DNA of 53,964 bases from Bigelowiella natans CCMP2755 (taxonomy: Eukaryota; Protista; Cercozoa): positions 1-53,964 of the forward strand of contig ADNK01001075.1 in assembly GCA_000320545.1 (NCBI GenBank). Reading direction: 5' to 3'. The position numbers and the translations under genes were made by a program. This document shows, piece by piece, positions 10,925 through 22,530 of this stretch. Numbering within the stretch: the first letter of the stretch is position 1; each line of letters begins with the position of its first letter. The notes beneath the pieces were generated by a model. That model saw only the letters and a list, made by a program, of their open reading frames with translations. It made no database searches and had not been told where the DNA came from.

Positions 10925-13900
10925 ATTTGCACACCCATCAGGGAAAAAACAACATACCATCTCGAAAGTTCCATGAGAAAGCATGGCAAATGAGAAAGTT
11001 GCTGCTGCGACTCACGGGGCTGTAGCTTGTGCTCATGAAACCAGGGAATGCTGCCTTCTGCCCGGCAGCACTGGTTCGTATCAACGCTTGGGCGACGCTA
11101 GGAATGCATCCATGCCAAACTGGAGACCCGTCCTCCAGAGGCGAGAGCTCTGTTGCTGCTGCTGCTGCTGCTGCTGCGGTGTTTCCTTTGGCCTGAAGAA
11201 ACTCCTCCTCAATTGCGGGGTTTCGCATCTTGAAGAAAATCGGCGACAGAACAGCTTCCTGCATGATTCTCAGGATAACCTCTCGCTCGGCTAGGAGGCG
11301 TTTCACAACAGCTGGATCGACCCGGGCTGCATTGATCTTCTTCTTAAACATCTCAGTCGCACGTGTGCGGACGGCTAAGGGAGGGATGCGTCCTCCTCCC
11401 TCGAAATAACCTGCATTTAGCACGTCGCTGCCCTCGTTACCCATCGTGTAGAACCGAATGACAGCGAGGTAGATCCCCTCAACGAGCGAGCATGCGGCAT
11501 GAGGGTGGTCGATAAGTTTCTCACTGAACGAAACCGTGCTGATGAGCCCTCGCTGAATATCGTCTATGAGCCTGTAGAAGCAATTGTCTTCTTCTCGCGC
11601 CTCCTCTTGCTGTTTCTTGGTCCTGCCGCTTTCCTCGAGACTTGGAAGCAGCTGGCAAACAGCCCTGGCCAAACCAGAGCCCCACGTGAGCCGCTCGAAA
11701 ACATCATAAAGGGGGTTCAAATGCGTCGGGTGGCTGTAGGCGGTCAGCATCGAGTGCTCCGCCGACGAGAGGTGAAGCAAATTGAATAGGTCCCCCCGCG
11801 CTGCTCGATGCTGCTCGTTCTCCCTGTCCAGCAAGTTCTCGCCGATGTGCTTGCAGAACTGAAATCTTTGGTGTTTGTCGAGATAGTTAGCGCTCTCTGG
11901 CTTCGAGCCCGAGAAGGAAAACCGCCCCCCCCGCAACGTCAGGCTGTCCTGATCCCACTCGCAGTAGGCCACCGAATCGGCTGCAAGCTGGCAGGAGCTC
12001 TGAGAGATGAGGTACGGCACGTTCATGGGCTCTTTTTGGTGTTTCTCTGCATGGAATCCATTCAACAACAGGTCTGTCCATTCCTTGCTGTAGTAGTAGT
12101 CGGGAAAACATTTCCCATGAGGTCCGGCGCCGAGCACCTTCCAGAGATTCTTCAAGGTCATCTTTCCACCTAATCATGGGTATGTTTTCTTAGAAGAGCC
12201 TCACTACATTTTTACAATTTAGAACGTCCCCACTCACCAGGATGGCCATTCGTACGAACTTTGTGTCCGTCTATGATGAAGGTACGCGCCGGTATCTCTT
12301 TTAAGTTCGTTTCATCTGTGCTCAACAACAACAACAACAACAACCACCACCACCACCACCACCACCACCACAACAAGCAATGCATGGCCTTTAGATGATG
12401 GCACAAACAACATAAGCTTGCACGTAGCATTTCCTTATTCTCATTTGAAAGGGAATATTTTCATTTGCTTAGGTTGGCATTTCTTTTGCAATCACATCAT
12501 CCTCAATGAATCAGGACGCGTACGGAGCAGAGTCACTATAAACCTGGAATGAGCTCTCGAAATGCCATGTGCCAGGTGCCATGTTTCCGTGCTGGCCAAC
12601 CAGCAAGCTCATCAACATCATCTCTCAGCCCTTGTGAATTCAATCGAAAATTCTCGTCTCCCGCAAGGTCGTAGGCATCAAATGCGCCCATAATTTCTGT
12701 GAAGGAGTGATCTCTCCCTTGGATCATCCACACCAACATCAACAGGCGAAAGAACGGCATCTCATGTTTACTTAGGCCTAGAATCCGGGCCAATTCGTAC
12801 ATAGCGCTTGTCGTAGACGACGGCCCAGAGAACATGGGAAGATTCTTGTCTATCTGCTGCTGGCCCCAGCTTACCATTGTTACATCGTATTGTGGCTCTC
12901 CATCTTCACTGGATGGCCAAGAATCTTTACTGCTGCTATTCTCACCATTTGTTTGCGATGAATCAGGGCTGCTTTCAGGGTCTTGCTTCGACACCTTAAC
13001 GCACTGCTGTGTTTGATAGTCATACCTGCATCTCCCAGGACGATTTCCTCTCTTCTCACACAGAATCTTGCTGTCAACTGAGGCCTTCGCCCCGTTCGCA
13101 GGCTGAATCAATCCAGCAGAAAACGTGCAGCCCGTGTTACGCTTTCGATCCCACGCATCATTGAGAGAGGACGTAGTAACCTGGTATCCATTTGCCCCAG
13201 GGAAGAACGTGTTGCCCGAAGGCAGCGTGGAACTAGGGTCGCCGATCTCATCGATCCGCCAAGCTGCTGATGCGTTTGATTGCTGCGGCATTTCCGTCTT
13301 GTAGAGCTGAGGCTTTGGGCGACCATATATCACCTCTGAGCTGCACGTCGATGGACGTCCGCCGTTCCCTATGAATTCCTTCGCCATGGCGGGATCGTCC
13401 TCCTGACCGGTACCCCGCTTGGCGTGCTTCCCGAACACGTTCCACCCGTAGTATTTTAGCAACGGCCAGCCGATGGGCTGGATTGTGAGAGCTTCTCCGA
13501 AGTTGTTGATGGTTGTTTTCCCCCCACAAGCTGCACCGTCGGACCCTCAGCTTTCTCTTAATAAGCGGCCGATTGATCATGTTCTCAGAGGAGCGCCGAG
13601 ACACAAGGGCTTCATAATGGGTCTTTCCGAACTTTCTCATGGTTTGCGACGCCACGTGATAAGCCATGCTCGTCCTCACCCGGTCAGGAGCCGTTTTGAT
13701 GATGTGATTTAACACATCGGCCTTTTCCTTCAGACTGGCATCCAGCAGCTCGCTCTCATATGCAACGAAACCGATGCCTCCCTCACCCCCTGATGCCCCC
13801 CCGAGCAGGTTTGAGAGCATGTTTTCCTGGAAGAAATTGTTCGAAAAGACCGCCCGATTCGGGCCCTTCTGGATATGCTCGACAATTTCGAGTGTCTTGT

Positions 13901-15495
13901 ACAACAGCCACTCGACAGCCCAACTCACTCCCTCAAACTTCCACATCTCCTGGCCTATTTTGTTGCTTTCAAACACCTTATTCGCTCGGCGAAGTTGGCC
14001 GTCCATGAGCATCAGCATGCGTGATTTGTAATCGTCGTCCCAAAAGGAGCGCTTGCCGTATCGCTCGTCCACGATCCGGCTGGCCTCCGCGACCGTGGAG
14101 CCTTCATAATGGTTGGCGACCAGTCTGACCGCCCTCCGGAAGTTAGACTTGCAGATGAATTTCGCGAAGCTTCCATGCTGGAGTTCCGCAAAAACTCGCA
14201 CGTTTCCAGGGTCTTCTTCTGCTGCCCCCCCCTCTTCTTGACGAACCTTGATCTTGGAGATGATTTCAGATAGCAATCGCCCTCGGTGACCCTGTAGTTT
14301 CTTCTCCCTCTTTCTATCGATCTTGCGCAAGATTTCGGACACGTCAATCTGGAACGTATCACGGGAAAATGCCACCAGGCTCTTGTGCATATCTTCGAGA
14401 CACTGCGCGATGCTGGGCACTAATGAGCACGTAGCCTCACATCCGCCGTCGGTCATGGTGCATTCCCTTTGAACAGCAGTATTAATTTAAATTTCAGCGA
14501 CTACATTATTTAGTCTGATTCTCAGTATAATTCAGAAGTAAAAAGAACCACCTCTCACACTGGTCAATCTGGGTGAAGAATAACTCGTACTCCTTCGGAA
14601 GCTGTGTTGCAATCCCTTCTGGGTCGTTGGAGAAGGAGCAAACATACTTAGGGGGCCACGGCTCGCAGGTATCTGGTTGGCTAGTCCTCCCCGACGTTGT
14701 CTGACCCTTGAAGTAGCTTTTCCTTTTCTTACACTTACCTCCTTGTATCCACTTGCAATGCTCATAGCTGCAGCAGCTCCTTGGGAAAGCAAGGGCGATT
14801 CATATACAGGCTTTGGAGATATACAGCTGGTTTCCATTACAAGATTTTATATTAGGTACCTTTTGCTATGCTGATTGGAACAATGATACATCCCCGCCAC
14901 CGTGATTCTATCCGACGTATGGTGAGCGAAGTTCTGACATGAATAAACAGGATTGGGGTCATCAGCCGTTCTCGGAGGTCTTGTCCAGAAGCATCCATCC
15001 AAAGGGGCAATGCAGTCGTCCTGATTAGATTATATGACTCAATATGAGTGGTGGTGTTCATTCTTGATCGGCTCCATTATAAAAATCCGTCGTTGCTACC
15101 ACTGTCTCCCGTAGATAGCATCGCTTGCCCTTCCCGTGATTCATAAGGTGCCTTGTTAAGGGGCTAATCCCCTCTCCGAACGCATCTAGGGGGGAATCCG
15201 GCATTGAACCGCTTACAATCCCAGCCACGTCACTAGCCCATTTTTTAAACCGCTTTAGAAAGTTTTCCGCCGGGGATTCTCGCGTGTATTCTGTGCGGTT
15301 CCTGGAGAGGTGCTCGCCTGCTTGGATCTTGCGAGAATTGAATAACCTGCTTCTGTTTCCCCCAGTCTCGAAGGTCTCCGAGATCTCCAAAATTGAGTGC
15401 TCATTTACATTATAGCTGGCGCTAGACCTAGACGTGTGCACGGCCTGTGGTGTGTTGCAGAACAAAAACGCAGCGAGCAGCAAGCCTGGGCCCAT
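8560..15495 (-). CDS. Single multi-exon gene for a secreted toxin-like protein: signal peptide, Cys-rich region, helical region, S-HxxxE (Ntox11/LnaB-like) domain, ADP-ribosyltransferase-like domain, C-terminal region
   Basis: Starts MGPGLLLAAFLFCNTPQAVHTS. Phase-consistent GT-AG joins include SKR|SCCSYEHCKWIQG|DTCEPWPP..LPKE|ECTMTDGG, ELIP|DETNLKE..GHP|GGKMTLKNLW, and FMSTSYSP (donor 11015)|TASFPW..PSEEEALMPE (10863-10741)|GTLYEVG (from 10650). The last exon VLGTTKHPNP..WLMASRLT* has its stop at 8562-8560. One 1-nt frameshift lies in the C6 run at 13520-13525. Some C-terminal junctions (10600-10200) are less certain. Confidence 0.75.
10620..11470 (-). other. R-S-E-clade (CT/C3/VIP2-like) ADP-ribosyltransferase-like domain spread over three exons
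   Basis: Motifs appear in canonical order: AVIRFYT..VLN (helical YT..N motif, ~11465-11415), PVWHG (VxRG position, His 11114-11112), FPGFMSTS (STS 11033-11025), LLQI, STAPSEEEALMPEGTLYEV (ExE at 10764-10756, then P-x-G-T-x-Y-x-V). Confidence 0.7.
12560..13210 (-). other. S-HxxxE / Ntox11-like catalytic domain within the toxin gene
   Basis: FFPGANGYQV..WGQQQIDKNLPMFSGPSSTT (Ser codon 12820-12818)..FRLLMLVWMIQGRDHSFTEIM (His 12709-12707, Glu 12697-12695). Ser-to-His spacing is 37 aa. Matches my recollection of the W..LP..[AS]GPSGTT..RL..L.WM...DHS..EI pattern of bacterial polymorphic-toxin domains. Confidence 0.65.
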
Positions 15496-16619
15496 TTAGG
15501 TGCATGCACCAGCCGCGCAGCCAGCACCACCAGGATTCGAACACAGACAATGGTTTTTTGAAAGAAGGAATTTAAAATATCGGCCCACAGACAAAGGGAA
15601 ACTTGGCTGAGTTTTCTCCCTCATAGGAGCGACATGAATTTAGGATAGTCGCACTGCGAAAATCTACGGCTAATCTGCGTCAGAGGACACCCTTTTCGGA
15701 GCGCAGAAAAGCAGCTGAATTATTCCCTGCGACAAGTACTTTGCGGCTGTGAATAAGCTTCGACGAAAGTCGAAGCACTCATGGGTGCACGCGGAAGACC
15801 AATTGCGGAAGACGGCGAGCAATCTTCAATTGCCACCACTGGTCATTTGATGCTGAATTAACATCATTCACAGGGGGTGGAGAACAACTACTTGGAGTCA
15901 GTGAATCGATTGTGGAAGGCTCTGATTTGTCGCGGTTTAGATTAGAAGCAGCGAATGTCCTTCTCAGAAATTGCGATGCGAGCACATGGTGCTCGATTGT
16001 GGTTCGTTGTTCTGCTTGATCGATGGATGTGCCGAGTCACAGGTCACTACACGCACGGATGCGGGCATGAGTTAGGCGCGTGTGATCATCTGAGACATTA
16101 AAAAGTGAATTTAAATTTGAAATCCTATGAGCTGTCAAGCGACCACCGGCATGCATTCGCCATGCAGCGCAATGAATGCAAAGCCCGCGTGCAAACTGGA
16201 TGTTCATGCAAACGCTGCGTGCATGTGCCAATTGGTGGCACAAATGTAGAAGCTTGCGGTCTTCTGTAGATGTGTACAGCTAGACGGTGTAGATAGTCTC
16301 ATTCGATCACGAGTGCATGCACGCTTGATCGACATGCACACTTGTTTGCACAAATGCATGCGCAGCATCGCTCATGTGTCACAGGCTAATTGCACATTTG
16401 CATGCTAGCAACATGGCGGCGGCTTGTTATTCAGTCACTAGTGCACAACGCGTACGTAGAAAATGATCAGTAAATTTGGTTTAATGATGCACACCGATTA
16501 AGTAAATAGTTGCCACATGTGCGGCTATCTTGCAACATTCTTCATCGAATCACAGTTGCAGTTGTATCATAGTCTAAGGAGGAACTCGACAACTCGAGAC
16601 CCGCTTGTATAAACCAATC

Positions 16620-17025
16620 ATTGGATTGCAGTTTTTCGCCTTTTGTGCTAGTTGGGACGCATAAATTCCCGAATGATGACGTGCTTAAATTAACCCCTCA
16701 AATTTCTGGAGGAAAAAATATGGGTGTGCATAAAGATGAACAATATCAGTATAATAAAGATTTAATTCCTTTTTTGTTTGAATATAGCATACAATGGATA
16801 TCGAAATTATGTTCGAGAGCTTGTCATTTATCAATTAATAGTTGGACGTTTTCCCCATGGTATTCCAACGGACATTATTCGTATTTCTCATCTTCCTCTA
16901 TTCATTCGTTCACATGTGTCCCTACCTCTAGCACATCGTCTTCATGGAGTACATTCCGTAGTTCTGGGGAAGAAATATCAAAATATTGATGAGATGACTG
17001 TTGCTACCAAAAGTGACATGTAAAC
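16620..17025 (+). pseudogene. Decayed AT-rich ORF remnant
   Basis: Overlapping frameshifted fragments (..YNKDLIPFLFEYSIQW.. / ..YRNYVRELVIYQLIVGRFPHGIPTDIIRIS..). AT-rich, intronless and similar in style to 4571-5300. Confidence 0.25.
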
Positions 17026-17453
17026 ATGTTGCTGTTCTTTCGAAAGATAATTAGAATAAAAAAAAATCAAGTTCCCAGCCACGATTATGATCGATAGCCA
17101 AGCCGATCTCGATTGAATATGATCTACGTGAAAGAGCAGCTAAATTTTCAATTTTTGTTTATGTCCCCTTGAAACAAAATTCGCGCTCACCGTTCCGATT
17201 CGAGTCTGCCATCATCGAAGTTCGGGATGTCTATCAGAAGAGTTATGATGCAACAAGCAAAAGCATAAACGGTGCACAAATAAGGTCACGAATGTAAAAG
17301 GGCTATACACACACATGTAACTATGTACACAAAATGAGAAGAGGGCTGACAAGCGTATCATTGCTATGTACAAATCCTCATGCCTCTTAAAAACTACATT
17401 GCATCGACTTGGCATCAATTACACTCTGTGGCTCCGACTCATATTCGCATGTA

Positions 17454-20400
17454 TCACCCACACACCTGCGTATTTCTAAGTCGTGATAGTGGTATAATTC
17501 CGAGGCCTCTTCTCGGTCGTTCACCATTCCTCTGCTGGAAGCCCAACTGACCATGATCGTCATTATCAGCATTATCCAGCGGTGCCAAGTATGCTGCGGC
17601 TGCTGGCCACTGCCGTGTTGACGACAGCAAACGACCGGATCGTAATTTCTTGAAATCACTCTTCGAATGATTGAGTTTCGCCATTTCAATGCTGGCCTGC
17701 GTAACGTATGCAAACTTTAACGGGTAATGATTTCGGCTCACATTTTTTTTGTTTAAGGGGATAATGTCGTAGAAAGAATCGTGATGGTTTCGGGGTAATT
17801 TGTGGAGGCCAAAGGTGACGAATAACCAAAAATACGATCAAAGGAAGGAGACAAATCAAAATCAATGTCGTCGAGAGGGAAAATAATAGTATGGTTGGTA
17901 TTGAGTGTCAGTCTGTTGCTGTATCTGCTACTCATCGTAGGATCTCCCTGACTTACTCATACAAACACACAGAATCACGTACCCTTCCAGTAGAAGCAAG
18001 TGCTTTAGACCCTATTTTGATCTCTCCACGACTGGATATTACACTCCTAGAAAAACGAATAAATGCGATAAGTCAAGTTTTGTGTCATAATCGGCAGCAA
18101 TTGCGTGTATGCTGCAGCATATGTGCTGATCTTACTCTCGGAATTCTCTACTACTGACGAGTCGCTGCTGCAACCACGCACCATTCGATCTCCATTAGAA
18201 CGTGCTACGATTGCTACTTCAAAATACTACCTCCTTGCAATGGCACTTATGCAGTTTTTTTCTCTACTGAGCTTCCGATCCCTGTAGGATGCAGACGGAC
18301 AAAGGCACACACGATCGAGGATCATGGGAAAATACTCTTAAACAATATGTCAAAGTGCTCTGAACGAAGTACAGTTACGCTACTGCAAACGTATTTTTCC
18401 ATCCTTGCTCAAATACAATAAACATCAGATATCGTACTCGACAGTGGCTCTCTTCAGAGATATCTCGCCATACTTTTCTTTCACAACCATATAAACGGCC
18501 CTGACAAGATAAAACAGTGACGATCAATGCTGGCAATCTGGGAGACGGAGGAATGTAGCGCTGTTTGTCACTTATCAAGAAAAGATCTCTTCATCACCAT
18601 AATTTTAGACTGACGAGAGTGTTGATGAAGTTGTAGCTTGCTTGTTTGTGCGTGAGTGTTTCGTGTATTTGTGTGCGTGTTACCAGGAATAGAATGAGCA
18701 GTTACAGACTACAATAATAGCTGAGAGTATGAACTTAATAGAAGGAGAAAATGAAGTCATATTTTGAACAGAAGCAAAAGAGGAGGAGGAGGAGGCGGCG
18801 GCGGCGGAGGAGAAGCTGCAACAGTAGTAGCAGAGATAAAAAATGGAAGTAGCAGTTGTACTTGTAGAATGGCTGCAATTACTACGATGGGTCAGGAATA
18901 ATTTCTATGAAATATTAGGTGTTTGCGCAGATGTGTATCTGCGTGTGCGAGTGTGGTGGTTGTCTATCAATGTCAGTCGCAGGCCAACAATGTCAAACCT
19001 ACCTGAACTATTATGTCAACTTGCAGATACAGAAATTGTCCGAAGAAGTAAGTGACGAAGGAATTTATGAGACCATAAATCTGACGATGCACTCATGTTA
19101 CAATTCACAATAGAATTGCTGATAAATCATTATTCACGGAAATATAATGGGATTTACCAACCTCTAGGTTATTGCACATATCTAAGTCATATGGATGGTA
19201 GTAGAGTTGCAAGGTGAGAGATATAACGATAAGCAGGGTAGCCGTGACAGCCTAACAAAGACGTAAGAAAGTGAGCTGCAAGGAAATGCACGGAAACTAT
19301 GCACAGGTCAAAGCCAAAAGGGTAGTAGAGAACAACAACAAACCTCCCCAAACATTATTTGTTCGAAAAAGCTATTATTTTGACTTTCTGCTTACAAGTT
19401 CTACCTGTAATTGTGGGAAGCCAATGAACACCGCGATGGCCACGATGAGAATCTTCCGAATCATGATGGTGATCTGCATTTTGGATGTGAAGAAGAAATC
19501 ATCTAATTGCACGATTTGCACTTGTCTAGTACGCTGTCGTTGTCATTGAAATTGATCAATACGATTGAGAAACATCATAAATTGGCATCTATTCATGGGG
19601 AGAAGCACCTCCCAGTAGTAAAACGAGGGACGATAACCATTGAACAATAAGAAAACCTGAAAGATATCGTTACAAGAACACAATTAACCACCACTTCTTC
19701 TCTCTCCATAACTTCTATTATATTGGCTACGACTTTCATGCTGTTTCTGAGCTTGAAGAATCTGAATATTAGCAAGAACCAGAGTATAATTTTTTTTTTG
19801 CCGTTAAGTAGATGTGATGACGGGGATGTACACTTCGTACGCTTGTTGTCAAAGTAAAAGTGTCGAGAAAACATCTTTTCCTTTTTAAAAACAAATGATA
19901 GAATTGACTTTGAAAGAAGATTGAGGAAAGAAGCGTCTATATCATCACTGCAGATTCATTCACCATTATGCACAGAGGACAACGATGTTCGGTCAGTACC
20001 TCTCTGATAAAGAAAGAGAGGCCTCGTAATCTGGCGTCCATCTAAGCAACATTGTGATCTACTTTCAGATTTTTGTACACCCAAGTAAATACCCGATTAT
20101 TTCTTTTTACAAACACATCTCTTCATACACGTGCGACTAGGAAGATTTATATACAATTTATTGAAATAGTTCTGTTAACAGGAGGAGCACCTTGATCTCA
20201 TGTCATCTCTTGTACTGCGAAGAATGTACAAGCACAACATCGGGAACCCTGATGTGTATGATTTAGAGAGAATTATTTTGCTAGGATGATAACAAATGCT
20301 ATGGACGATGATAGCCTGAAACACATGTTATCAGGACTCCTCATCGACAAGTGCTAACAACCCGCATCTATAAGCTCCATTTTAAGATTTTAACAAAAAT

Positions 20401-21716
20401 TTACCAAATAAGAAGACAGAACACAATTTTGTATGTCTATGTTTGACATCAAGGGGCAAAGCAAAATATTGCCTAATATGCACACACAGCTGGGTCAAAG
20501 TACCGAGGACGTATCCTATGAACATAGGAACTCCAACTGCTAGCACCATGACCAAGTGAGATCCTTCATAGCATCTGATCATCCAAGTATTGACAAAGGT
20601 AAATAAATAAATAATAATAATAGTAAATAAATATATCGAGGCCTTATACATTGTCTATCACCATACGAAACTGCCACTGCTTAACATACCATGAATACCT
20701 TTGATTCATATCTGGAAGAAGCACAAAGGATTCTTGCAGCGATCTGACACAACATCATTTTGGGGGATGCAAAGAAGAAACGGGGAACGTCAATCGAGCA
20801 TACGAGATATGGTATTTTTCTCTTTCGCGATTACGAAGAACGTTATGTTAGATTTCTTTCCGCCACCCAATCTGCTCACAATTGAAGAGCTGAAACGTCT
20901 GAAGAACTAGAGACGGATAGATCGAGAAGATCAGAGACCTGAGTCGCAGATATATACAATCATCGGCCCGTCATCTCATTTACAATAAAGCAGCAATTTT
21001 GCCGTCTAGTATCTATCACATAAGTAAGAGAGCAACTTGTTGACGGCCTTCCTAATCTAACTTCTTCATTACAAGTTTGCAGTCCAGAATTCGGACCAGT
21101 ATTTCCGATTTCTTAGCTTCCTTATCATCGCCTGAACCTATAGATTGCCACGAAAGGCAACGTGAAGGTCAATCGATGGGGTGGCTATACGAAAGTAACA
21201 CAAGGAGGTGTAAGCTTAGAGGAGGGTGTCACTGGGAGGATATGCCAGAATAGTACTGTATACAACTACTACCTCTGGATCGTCGTCAGAAACAACATCG
21301 ACATCTCGCTGTTGATGACAAAATACAAATATGTAAAGCTTGGTTCAAGCTTTTCTTTTTATTTGACGAACAGTATCTATGCATGCTTGTCGTTCATCGT
21401 AGTACATCAAGACGCCCGGGCCATAAACACATCTCTCCCAACGGCCTAGAAATCCCCAAAAAACGATGATAGGGAATACAAATCATGCACACCCCTCTAC
21501 TATTACTTAACCACGCTACACTACCAAGCTTTGGCTTTTGACTTCCGTGGCCATTGCTCGAAATGTTGCCTCTGAAGACGTGATGTTATTCAATTGGAAA
21601 TGTTACAAATCACAATGGAGCACCGTTCTCAATATTGGTGATTTCCATGAACGTACCGTATTGATTTACTTCTGCAAGAGATCTGGTAAGCATCATTCCG
21701 ACATGTACCTGTACAC

Positions 21717-21747
<31 letters not shown>

Positions 21748-22494
21748 TCCATGTTGCGAGATGAGCACGACGACAGGATTAATCAACTCCGTAATTTTTA
21801 GGAGTTTCAGGTAGATCAATACCACATATTTCGAGTTGCGTATACGAAGGATTACCTTCGCATCATCATTATCATCTCTGCCGTCCGGAGAGCCCTCTTC
21901 TTGTTCTTCGTTGTCCGCCATCATGAATATTATAAGGACTGTGAAGACTGCCAAAACTGGCGTGATGAGAGGCTGGAATGCTATCCCAATGGTGTTGATA
22001 TAGAAGCTCCGTCTGAGGTTGTAACCCACCCCCCAACATCTATCAATGCTACTGATGATCGAGCTGGTGCTACCGCGTAATTAGCCTGCTGTGCTCTCTT
22101 TAGGTGATTTTCTCGAAATGATGTTGTCATCGTTGTGATTTTATTTTGGTTAGTATCTTATCGACATCCATTTTCATAATTCTTATTCTTGTTCTTCATC
22201 TTCTTATTATAATCAATATTCGTCGCTTGTGGGCACTACAAAGTCTCTACTACTTCTATTACAGATTGATATTGAGATTAGCGCAATCGGTACTCAAAAG
22301 TGTGCCTATAGACAGCGAAGAGGGAATCAACAATGGGTTTGCTTGCAACGACGAATATAATAAGAACAAGGAGGGTGATTGTGCTAGTCTCGCGTCGATA
22401 CGTTAGACACTCGAAAACGTGCTTTTGCTGCAGCAACAGGCGTACCAAATGAAGCACCAGCCGAACTTTGAGCTTCGAGGAATTTGTAAACCTT

Positions 22495-22530
<36 letters not shown>

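Noticed and set aside
14532-15061. ORF-track proteins 14532-14837 and 14852-15061 as separate genes
   Set aside because: The plausible exons here are in other frames (DDCIAPLDGCFW.., SCCSYEHCKW.., DTCEPWPP..) and splice in phase into the toxin gene.
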